A stretch of 64,000 bases of DNA. It comes from Gracilinanus agilis. Lineage: Eukaryota. Within the stretch, counting starts at the first letter, position 1, and each line of letters starts with the position of its first letter. Position numbers and translations under genes: made by a program. The notes beneath the pieces were generated by a model. The model ran no database searches. It was not told the origin of the DNA and saw only the letters and a program-made list of their open reading frames with translations. Shown here in pieces: positions 21,701-33,700 of the stretch. The stretch is from assembly GCF_016433145.1 (NCBI RefSeq), contig NC_058132.1, positions 204,201,682 through 204,265,681 of the forward strand, in the 5' to 3' direction.

Positions 21701-24700
21701 CCCACATTTCTCTCAATGCCTTGACTCCTCCTGCCCCCACTTTCAGGCCTGTAGTTCCAATGACAAGTAATCTTTTCTTTGGCTCCCTATACCCTGGGTT
21801 CTTGTTCCTTTAGCATTTTCAAATTCCCTTTCTTCTGGTTCCCTTCAAATTCCATCCTTTTGGTTCTCTGTTCTTGTCCCTTATTCTATCTCCCAGTCAC
21901 ACTTTTTTCTTTTGCTCCCTATTTATCTCTCTCTGTGTCTCTGCACTACCAACTCCTCATCTTCCATTTTCTCTCTCCTACACATTCTACAGTCATTTTT
22001 TTCTTTAGTTGGAGATGAAGGACCTCACTATTCAGACCTTGTCTCATCCTTTCCCTGTTCTTAGGGCTTTTATCCGAAACCAAGGAAGTTCTGTGGGTGG
22101 TTCATCTCCCCCAGGGAGGCATGGGCAGCTGTTCCGAAGCATCCCAGCTATGGGTAAGTGATTAGTAAGGTAGGTTTTCAAGGGACCTTCTTGGTTGGGT
22201 TGTCTGGTAATGTTAACATTCAATCATCCATCCATCCATCCATCCATCCATCCATCCATCCATCCACCCATCCACCCATCCACTCACCTTTCCCCCCATC
22301 CAATAGTGACTATTCATAATGGTCTCTGTGGGGTACAATGGGGCATAAAACATATTCCCTTCTCTCAAAGAGAGAAGAGTGAGTAATATGTAAACAAATA
22401 AGAATAATACAAATAATATAAAGCTAAATTTGATATGTGCCATGAAAGTAGTATAAACAAAGTCCATGTGACTGACTAATCAGCCTTAAAAATATCCTTC
22501 ATTATTTCTCTCCCATACCAAAATCTCTCAATGGCTCCCCACTGACCAGTCCATATCACTCTACTTGGCCTTCATGTTAGTCCATTTTTGTTTAGCATTA
22601 ACTGTCCTTGTCAGAGGCAGCTTGGTGTAGTGGATAGGGACCTAGACTTGGAGTTCTGAAGATTTGGGTTCAAAACTGCCTCTGACTTATATTAGCTTTT
22701 GACCATAGACAAGTCACTTGAGCTCTCAATGATCCAGGAAATTCTCCAAGTCTGTGAATTACTGATAAGTTGCCAGTCATCACTGGTGGACAGAGTTTCT
22801 ACATCAGCCACAGTCTTACAAAACAAATATCAGGTTTGCTAAGTAGTTCAGTGGATAGAGAGCCAGGCCTGGAGTCAGGAGGACTTTGGTTCAAATCTGG
22901 ACTGAGACACCTCCTAGCTGTGTTACTCTGGGCAAGTCACTTAACCCCAATTGCTTAGCCCTTGCTGTTCTGCCTTGAAAATGATATTTAGTATCATTTC
23001 TTGGAAGGTAAAGATTAAAAAAACAAAAAACAAATTTTAAACTGTCTAGCATGCTATTATGCTAGATCCAGGATGTCTTAGATACCTGCCTGATTCCCTA
23101 CTCTGCATCCCAGATGTCTCTTCCTTGACTGATCCTATAGTTCCTTTAACCTCACCAGTTTTCTCTTACCCTCTAACACCTATCATGACCCCATGGATCC
23201 TTCCTGATCCACCCTGACTCCTCTTTTAGCTTGCTTGAGTCTCCCACCTGGCCATCCTAATTCCTAAGTTGTACTAGTATCTCTCCTAACTTCCCCTTGG
23301 CACCTTCTCTCCAGGTCCCCTTCAGCCTTTTTCTCCCTTATTTCCATGACTTTCTTTCTCCTATCTCCTCACCAGAATCAGTCCATCGGTACCGCCGAAG
23401 TCTAGCCGAATGGTTCATTCGGTTGCCACGGGAAGAACGCCAGTTTGGACCAACATTTTCTCTGGACACGGCCCATGTGGATCCTGTAATCCGTGAAAGC
23501 ACCCCTGATGAGCTGCTGCGCCCACCTGCTGAACCTACCCTGGAACATCCACTCCCTCCTAAGGAGCTCCGAACACTGGCTCTGCCCCAGCTCTTTGACC
23601 CTGATGCATGTGGTCGACACGTACAGACAGTGGTGTTGTATGGAACAGTGGGTACAGGCAAGAGCACCCTGGTTAGAAAAATGGTGCTGGACTGGTGTCA
23701 CGGGAGGCTGCCCAGCTTTGAGTTGGTCATTCCCTTCTCCTGTGAGGACCTGTCTGCCCCAGGACCTACACCCATCTCCCTGTACCAAATGGTGACCCGC
23801 CGGTACCCACACCTGAAAGAAGTGCTACCCCTTCTGGACAATGCTGGACCCCGGCTACTGTTTGTGCTCCATGGGATGGAGAGGCTCAACCTAGACTTCC
23901 GGATGGAGAGTACGGGGCTGCACGGTGATCCGCAAGTGTCTGCGGCGCCTACCACTATCATTGTTAATCTGCTGCGCAAGTTCATGTTGCCTGAGGTAGG
24001 TGGTCACCAACGCCCCATCCTTCAGGTGCTGCACCACTTGGTGTCCATATCTTATTTCATCACTGTCCTTTACCTTTAGTCGTTCTGGTTTCTCTGGCTT
24101 TTGCCTCTCTTATCCTAACCCTCACATTTTCTGTGATTTTCTCTCTCTTCTCTTATCCTACTATCTACTGGACATATCCATTTCACTTTTCTGAGTGAAG
24201 AATGACTATAAATACAGATTAATTTTTTTTCTTTTTCAATTAACAAGCATTTATTTAGGGATAGCTAGGTGGCTCTGTAGATATAGAGGCAGGCCTGGAG
24301 TCAGGAGGTCCTTGGTTCCAATGTGGCTTTAGATACTTCCTAGTAGGGTGACGTTGGGGAAGTCACTTAACCCCCTTTGCCTAGCCCTTACTCCTCTTCT
24401 GCCTTGGAACTGATACTTAGTATTGATTCTAAGACTAAAAGATAAGAGTTTCTGAAAAACAAGCAAACAAATGAAACAAGCATTAAATTTCTTTTTCTCC
24501 TCTCTTCCCCTACCCTCTTTTTCTCCCACTGAAAGGGGAAAAAAACCCCTTGTAACAAATATATATAATCAAGCAAAAGAAATCCCTACTTTGACCACAT
24601 CCAGAAATGTATTTTTTGTTTCACCTTTTGATTATAAATGTGTTAAAGAATTGACACAGTGCTCTGCATTTTTCCTGATTTAACTAAGAAATTTGTTGTC

Positions 24701-27700
24701 ATGCACAAGGGAAAAACGGGAGCATACCATGTATACAGCCATGTGTAGGTACTGAGAGGAGTGGAGCTGACTAATTACAAGTGGACTGAATGGGGTACAG
24801 AGTTGAAATGACAAACCGAAGATAGTCCAATGGTTGGGTAGAGGGAGGGGCAAAGTGACCAAATTATGATCGAAACATTCTGGGGACAAGGACCACAAGT
24901 TAAGTGAGTGTTTTTCATTATTTCTGCCTAGAAACAGCATTCTTTCTCATGGGAATGCACATTCCCTTAGTTCCCTCAGAGTACCAATATCTACTTTACG
25001 CATAGAGCTTTATAGCAACATCAGGTTTTCTATAAACCTAACAAAATAAGAGGTGTAGAGTTTCGATCCCAAAATGTTTATTTTCTTTTATAATACTGTT
25101 TTGTGACTCATTATATTTTGTTATGTTGTGATTTTAGGCAAATCCCTCCTCTTTGGACTGTAGTTTCATTCATCATCTTTAAAAGAGGCATTTGGAATAG
25201 ATAAGCTTTAAGGTCTGAATCTATATCATGATTCTGTCATAAAAGAGAAGGAACTTCTGACTTCTTAGGAAATGGAAGGAGAAGGTAAATAAGCCTAATA
25301 ACTAAGTTCCATTGTCATCCCTCTATTTAGGCCAGCATTCTGGTGACTACCCGGGCCTCTGCCGTTGGCCGAATCCCCAGCAAGTATGTGGGTCGCTATG
25401 GGGAGATCTGTGGCTTCTCTGACACCAACCTGCAGAAACTGTACTTTCAGCTCCGCTTTAACCAGCCTGACTGTAGACACAACGCAAATGGAGTGGGCAC
25501 TTACGTCACCCCAGCTCAGCGGGACAACCTGATAGAAATGCTTTCCCGAAATCTGGAGGGGCACCATCAGATCGCTGCTGCCTGCTTCTTGCCCTCTTAT
25601 TGCTGGCTGGTGTGTGCCACCTTATACTTCCTCCATGCACCCACACCTGCTGGGCAGACCCTGACAGGCATCTACACCAGCTTCCTGAGACTCAACTTTA
25701 GTGGGGAGATACTGGATAGCGCTGACCCCTCTCGGACATCGCTGATGGCCTACGCTGCCCGCACCATGGGTAAATTGGCCTATGAGGGTGTGGCATCTCG
25801 GAAAACCTACTTCTCTGAGAAGGATGTCCGGGAATGTCTAGAGTCTGGGGTGAAAACAGAAGAAGAGTTTCAGTTACTGCATGTCTTCCGCCGAGATGCT
25901 CTGCGATTTTTCTTGGCACCTTGTGTGGAGTCAGGGAAGCATGGCACTTTTGTGTTCACGGTGCCTGCCATGCAAGAGTACCTAGCTGCCCTATATATTG
26001 TGCTAGGTGAACGCAAGACCGCCTGGCAGCGAGTGGGCAAGGAGGCGGCGGAGCTGGTGGGCCGAGTGGGTGAGGATGTTAGCCTAGTGCTGAGTGTTGT
26101 GGCCAAGCTGCTCCCCCTTCGGGTGCTGCCTCTGCTTTTCAATTTACTCAAGGTAATAATTCTGTTCTTCCACCCCATCATCCCTCTTCTCCATATCAGG
26201 ACCCCATCCTTACGTCCTATCCTTTTGGGAAACTGTATTGTAGGCAGCCAGTGTCGATTTCCTGGATAGGTTGGGGAGGAAAGGGAGGAATGTAAGGGAG
26301 GGAAGAACCCATAGAAGATTTTATTATAGTTGGATCTATCACTAGAAAAAAAGAATAATTCAGTCTGAACTCAGTTTATTTCCAAATGTTGTAAAACACC
26401 CTCTTTTCTCATAATTATACTCTAAAAGGTCTAGTTCCCTGTCCACCCTCTCCTTCCAGGAGTGAAAACTCTTTCACTCCCATAATTTATTTTGTTTAAA
26501 GTAGTTAATAGCTATTTGGAAGTAACTTTGGAGCAGGTGGGAAGAATATCCGATATGGAAACAGAGGATTTTGATTCAAATTCTAGCTCTCATGCTTATT
26601 AGCTATAGTGACTCTAGACTTTGCTACAGAAGCCTCAGTTTCCTTATCAGTAAAATGAGGGAGTTGGACTGAATGCCTGGCTAGCTATAAATAATACAAT
26701 GGTCAGTTCTGAGTAGGATCTTAGCTTCAAAGGGACCATGAACATATGGAAAGAAGGCAGAAAGGAACAATATAGCTGGGGAAAGAGGATTGGAGAGTGA
26801 GGCAGGTGAGGTTTTGGAATGATTCAGTTTAGGAAAGAGAAGGTAAAGGGTGAGGACTTCCATAATTTCTATAAATGTGATTTATGTGAAATTTGAGAGA
26901 ATCTAGCAATTCTTCATCTTGTTCAGTCATTTTTCAGTTGTGTCTGCCTCTTCATGACCCCATTTGGGGTTTTCTTGGCAAAGATACTAGAATGGTTTGC
27001 CATTTATTTCTTCAGCTCATTTGATAGATGAGGAAATGGAGGCACAGAAGGTGAAGTGATTTGCCCAGGGTCACATAACTAGTAAGTGTCTGTGGTCAGA
27101 TTTGAACTCAGGAAGATGAAGCTTCTTGACTTCAGGCCTGGAACTCTATTGCATCACCTAGCTTCAACTAGGAGAAAAAAAAAATTGTACTATGATGATA
27201 GCAAGAGGGACTAAGGGTAGTCTTTAGGATGGGCTGTTTTCCAACAGCACCTTGTTTTCTAAAAATCATTGTGGAGGATATAAAGTATAAGATATGTTTT
27301 CTTCCTTGGAGGCACTTATGACTTAGTTGGGGATAGAGATTTCTAATTCATAGAACACTAGTTGTTTCTTTATACTCTTGCCTTCTGTCTTAGTATCCAT
27401 TCTAGACAATCAAGATCAAGTGACTTGCTCAGGGTCATACAGCTAGGAAGTACCTAAGGCAAGTTTTGAACCCAGGTCCTTCTGACTCCAGGCCTGGCTT
27501 TCAATCCACTGTGTTATCTAGCTGCCCCTCATAGAACATTTGTTAACCATTTTCTGTGTGTAGAGCAATTTTTGGGACGCTATCAGATGTAGAGTACAGA
27601 TAAGATGTGTTTTCTGTTCTAACACTTACAATCAAGTCTTAGAGAGAGAATATTTCATAGTTCCATGAGAGAAGTATAAATAGAATGTTATATGACTAAT

Positions 27701-30700
27701 CTTCCTTAAATACACCCTTTATCATGTCATTCCCTTCCTTGATAAGGTCACTCCCTTGAATGAGAGAAAAATCCTCAATGGCTCCCCATTGACACAAAGC
27801 CGTGTTTCTCTGCCTGGTCTTCAAGTTAGTCTGTGTCCAAAAGCAACCATGGGGAAGAAAAGACTAAGGGGAAATGAGTATTTAAAGACTCTTCTATGCA
27901 AGAGGTATTAGATTTGTTCTGTCTGGCCCCAGAGGGCATAGCTGTGAGCAGTGGGTAGATGGAGTAAAGAAGAAGCTATTAGCAGCCATAAAAAAACAAA
28001 CAAAACAGAAACAAACTTTGAGATAATTACAGCTGTTAAAATATAGAATGAGTTCTGCCTCTGTAAGAACACCAATAACAAAATGACAATAATAATAAAT
28101 AAATAATGATGGCTAGCATTATATAGCACTTTAAGGTTTGCAAAGCACGTTCTAATTATTATCTATTCTCACAGCAATTCTGTAAGTAGGTGCTATCATT
28201 ATACCTCTTTTACAGATGAAGTAACTGAGGCAGACCAAGGTTAAGTGGCTTGCCCAGAGACACACTATTAATAAGTATCTGCAGTTGGATTTGAGTTCAG
28301 GATTTCTTGACCTCAGTTCTAATGCTTTATCCACTGGGGGTCACTCAGTAAACAGTGAATGCCTAATCTCTGGAGGCATAAAAGCTGAGGCCACTTTTAG
28401 AGGATAACGTTGGTAAGCTTCATGATTTGGATATTTGGAGTACCCCACAGATTTCCTCCAACTCCGAACTTCTGTGATTAAGGCTGTGCTCCCTCTTTTT
28501 GTTTTATTTATTTATTTGTTTGTTTTTTAATGACCCTTAAATGGCTTAGTGACATCTCTATAAGTCAGAAAGGTGAGGACTAGACATTTGGGGTTAAGTG
28601 ACTTGCCAGGGACACGCAGCTAGGAATTATTCGAGGCCAGATATGAACTCAGGCCATCCCAACTCTAGACCTGATACTCTACCCATGGTGCCACCTACTT
28701 GTCCTGCCCTCTTTTTTTATTTTTTATTTTTTTAAGCCCTTATCTTCTGTCTTAGAATCAATACCAGGTATTGGTTCTAAGGCAGAAGAGTGGTAAGGGA
28801 TAGGCAATGGGGGTTAAGTGACTTGCCCAGGGTCACACAGCTAGGAAGTGTCTGAGGCCACATTTGAACCCAGGACCTCCCATCTCTGGGCCTGACTCTC
28901 AATCTACTGAGCCACCCAGTTCTCCCCCCGCCCTTTTAAAAACAGATAAGGAAAACAATTCAGAGCTTGACTAACTTAAGGTTATACAGGGAATAAGTGG
29001 AAGAGCTAAGACTGGAAGCCAACTTTTCATGATTCTAAGGGCAATATTCTTCCTGCTATGGCATATCGCCAACATAATACAAAGAGCAGAGATGTATTTG
29101 GGGGTATAAAACAAAACAAAAAACAACATAAGACTATACAACATAAAAAAAAAGCTGTCTCAAGGCAGCTTATGATAAGAGTATAGAATCAGTAAAAATA
29201 ATGAGTTCAGAGAAGGAAGAGAGATGTTGAGGGGCCCTGAGTTATTGGAGAAGACTTTATAAGACATGATGGTCATTCTTCTTGCTTCTCTTTTCAGGTT
29301 GTGCCTAGAGTATTTGGACGGTGGGCAGGCAAAAGTCGGGAAGCAGTCGCCCAGGCCATGGTCCTAGAGATGTTTCGGGAGGAGGACTATTACAATGATG
29401 ATGTGCTGGACCAATTAGGGGCCAGCATCCTGGGGGTTGAGGGCCCACGGCGCCATCCCGATGAACCACCTGATGATGAGGTTTTTGAACTCTTCCCCAT
29501 GTTCATGGGGGGACTGCTTTCCTCCCGAAATCGTGTAGTGCTGGCCCAGCTGGGCTGTCCTATCAAGAACATGGATGCCCTGGAAAATGCCCAGGCCATT
29601 AAGAAGAAGTTGGTGAAGTTGGGCCGACAAGGCCTGCCCCCTTCAGAACTTATGGATCACCTTTTCTTTCACTATGAGTTTCAGAACCAGCATTTCTCAG
29701 CTGAGTTGCTCAGCTCCCTGCGCCAGCTCAACTTGGCAAGTGTGCGTATGACACCTCTTAAGTGCTCTGTGGTGGCATCAGTGCTGGGAAGTGGTACACA
29801 TACCCTGGATGAGGTCAACCTGGCCTCCTGCCAACTGGACCCAGCTGGTCTGCGCACTCTCATGCCTGTCTTCTTGCGTGCCCGAAAGCTTGGGTGAGAA
29901 ACCACTGCAGGCCCTTGGCATTAGCCACCCAGCTGGCAGAGAACGACTAGACAAGAGGAGAGACCATCCAGGATAGGGGGTAAAGGGAGGAAAAAGGAAT
30001 CTGGTAACAATTGACTAGATTCAAATTCTATCTTGGCAACTTTATAGTTGTGTGACCTCTTTCAAGTCATTTTCCTCCATATTTCAGTTTCCACATCTAT
30101 AAAACAAGGACATTGGCCTGGATGATCTCTAAGGTTCCTCCCACATGATTGGGATTGTTTGGAGTGAGGGTGGGAAAAAAGGGAGGAAGTCTTAGATGTT
30201 GAAGAGGAATGTTGGGGAAATGCAGGAGTATAAACTAAATGGAGGAAGTCTGACTGACTTGATGAGGAGATGAGAATAGGATGGAAGGAAATGTCAGGTA
30301 GAAAGTCTGAAAGACTGGAGTGATGGAGAAAGCCAATGCTATAATTTTTTTTAACATTTAATAATATTTATTTTTTAGAAAAGTTAACATGGTTACATGA
30401 TTCATGTTCTTACTTTCCCCTTCAACCCCCAACCTCTCCCCCACCCCCCATAGCCGATGCGCATTTCCATTGGTTTTAACACGTGTCTTTGATCAAGACC
30501 TATTTCCAAATTGTTGATAGTTGCCCAATGCTGTAATTTTTTTTTAACCTTCTGTCTTAGAATCAAAACTACGGATTGGTTCCAAGTCAGAAGAGTGGTA
30601 AGGGTGGGCAATGGAGGTTAAGCAACTTGTCCAGGGTCATACAGCTAGGAAGTGTCTGAGGCCAGTTTTGAACTAAGGATCTCCCATCTCCAGGCTTGGC

Positions 30701-33700
30701 TCTCTAACCACTGAGCTGCCTAGCTGTCCCCAGAATGCTATCACTCTTGATGCTTCCTTCATCCTCATATTCATTAGTTCTTCTCTCTTTCTCTCTCTGC
30801 TCTAGCCTACAGTTGAACAGTCTGGGCCCTGAGGCCTGTAAGGACATCCGAGACCTCCTTCTGCATGACCAATGCCAAGTTACCACCCTTCGGTGAGCAC
30901 ACTTCGGGAAGGGCTACTAAGAGGATGTGGGAAGGCTGGTTTTCTCTGGGCCCTTTTTCCTGGTCCCCTCCCCACAATTCTTTTGGACAGAGAAACTGTC
31001 GGTATTGAATAGACTTGTATTAAACTCCTACTAGGTGCTAGTTGCTGAGTACAAAGATTAAAACAACCCATTTATAGAGCACTTTAAGGTCTGTGGCATG
31101 TTTTCCCAGAACCTTCTGAGTGGCTAGTATAAGTATTAACCCTATTTGAAAAATAAGGAAGCTGAGACCAAGAGGGGAAAAGGAGCCCACCTGGGGTCAC
31201 ATTCACATCCATAAATATATATAATTAGGGATGCAATGTGGGATGAATGATGGTTTTAGAGTCACAAGACGTGGGTTCATATTCAAGCTTTTCCACTCAC
31301 GGTCTTCTGACCTTAGATAAAGTCATTATACCTTCCTGGTCATAATCTTCATGTCTGGAAAATGAGATAATTGTGCTAATTGACCTCCAAGGTGCCTTCC
31401 AGGTCTAACTCTGAAATACAAGAGTAGGAAGAATGATGGAGAAGGAGGAAATAACTAGGCTATTGCCCTAGGAAAATTTGAGTATGGAAAGAACATTTTC
31501 AGCTGAGAGGATCAAGGAATGATAGCTTAAACTAATTTATGTGCTCCACATCATCCTTGAGGAAAGATAAATTGAGGTAATTGTCCACTTTGTTCCTGAG
31601 ACTGGGTAACTTTAGTTATATGAAGGCAGTGGGGGAAGAGCTTATCAGAGAAGGTGTCATTTTAATGTGGTAATTGGAGTTAAATAAGACATGAGGGTTC
31701 ATACATGTGGTGGGTAGATTGACTGAAATGACTGAGGAAAAAATGGATTGAGTTTCCAAGCCTATTGATTGGTTGATTGATTTTTTTTTTAAAGCCCTTA
31801 CCTTCTATCAAAGTCAATTCATTCTATTGGTTCCAAGGCAGAAGAGTGGTAAGGACTAGTGGAGGTTAAGTGGCTTGCCCAGGGTCACACAACTAGGAAG
31901 TATCTGAGGCTAGGTTTGAACCTAGGACCTCCCATCTTTAGATCTGGCTCTCAATCCACTGAGCCACCCAGCTACCCCCACCAAGCCTATTGATTTACTA
32001 AGCAATGCAGGCCAATCATGGCCATTGCACTGATCAGAATTCTAAAGTTTGTCCAAGCTGTTTTCCTTTATAATACCATTATGCTAAAAATTATTTTCTT
32101 GGTTCTGTTCACAACACCGTACATCAGTTCATATAAGGTTTCTCTGAAACCTTTCATCATGACAAATTGGGACCAGGCTTCCTCAGCTTGTCACTAGACC
32201 TCAAATACAAGAGGAGATAGGTTTTCATGCATTTAGAGAAAACAGTTAATGTAAGATTAGATAATCTGATTTCCAATTGGAATAAATATCAGGGGCTTTC
32301 TGAGTTGGGAGGAGGAGAGTGAACATTCTCTGAAATCAGAAAAAGAGATATCCCACTCCCTGCCCAAGTGTCTATATTCAATCAAAGGAACAAGCAAACA
32401 GTAACTGATCAGTACAGAGCCAGTTTTCAGATAAGACCTATGGGTAGTTTGAGATGTATAAGTGTGAGAAAACTCCTTGCATCAGTCTTTGGATCTGACT
32501 GGGCTTCTGGTCAACATAACCTAGGTTTTTAGTTAAGATTGTCTAAGGAACAGGTAATATGGCCCATCTTCCTAGTCACACAGGGCTAGGTTCAAACAGT
32601 TCAATAAAGTTTTCCGACAAGACAGAAATTAGACTAGACCCATAATTGAACAGAAAGGGAACTGAGCCAGCTCCAGAATTGAGTGAAAAGATGTAGTCAG
32701 TGTGGTTCACTCAATTCTCACATTCTCTCATACAAAGACACTTAGCCCATGATGGGGGCCAAGAAAAGACCCTGAATGGCTACTTTTTTAAAAGAATTTT
32801 TATTTTTAAAAATTAGCTAAATTTACTTTCTTTCCTTCCATTTCTCTCCACTGAAAAATAAAGAATAAAACCTTTGTAACAGTGGGGGTTAAGTGTAACC
32901 CCTACTTTGTAACAAATATGCATAGAAAAGCCAAAAAAAATTTCACATTGGCCATGTCTAAAGATACACGTTTCAATATGTATGTATCCTGAGTCTATTG
33001 CTTTTCTGTTAAGAAGTGGGTACCATGTTTCATCATGAGTCCTCTGGAATAATGGTTGATCATTGCATTGATCAGAATTCCAAAGTTTGTCCAAGCTATT
33101 TTCCTTTATAATATCATTATGCTAAAAATTATTTTCCTGGTTCTGTTCACATCACTGTGCATCAGTTCATATAAGGTTTCTCTGAAAACTTTCATCATTT
33201 CTTCTAGCACAATAGTATTCTATCACATACATATGCTATAATTTTTTCATCCATTCCTCAAATAATGAGTATTTCCTCATTTTCAATTCTTTACCTTCAC
33301 AAAAAAGGGTTGCTGTAATTATTTTTGTACCCAGAATTCCTTTTTCTCTTTCTTTAACCTCTTTGGGGGTAGAAGCCTACTAGTGATATTTTAGGGTCCA
33401 AGGGTATGCAAAGTTTGGGGGCATGGTTCCAATTTACTTTCCAGAATGCCTGGATCAGTCCATAGTTCCATCGATAGTATATTAATATGTAATTAGGAAA
33501 TATTTAACTAAATAAAAATTTATTTTAAAAAGCAGTACATTAATAAGTCCATTTCCTGATACCCTATCCAGAATTTGGCATTTTCCATATTTGTCAACTT
33601 AGTCAATTTCATTATGATGTGCCAATTTTATTATTATGCATTAAAAGAAAACAAGTAACAGGATGTAAACTGAGATAGAAAGAGGTACTAATTTTTTATT

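Noticed and set aside
23855-23884. Degenerate NACHT Walker B ([10 protein letters not shown]) as a sign of pseudogenisation
   Set aside because: Human NLRX1 has the same atypical motif as recalled (LLFVLHGLEH), and the 975-codon frame is intact.
26459-26480. 9-bp hairpin GGAGTGAAA / TTTCACTCC
   Set aside because: Too short to be significant in 64 kb and has no supporting context.
29691-29693. NLRX1 His in FQNQHF, first suspected to be loss of the RNA-binding Arg699
   Set aside because: Counting codons makes this residue 689; R699 (CGC 29721-29723, SSLRQLNL) is intact.
23338-29905. Antisense or alternate-frame ORFs overlapping NLRX1 exons
   Set aside because: Typical shadow ORFs of GC-rich coding exons, with no independent splice or start signals.
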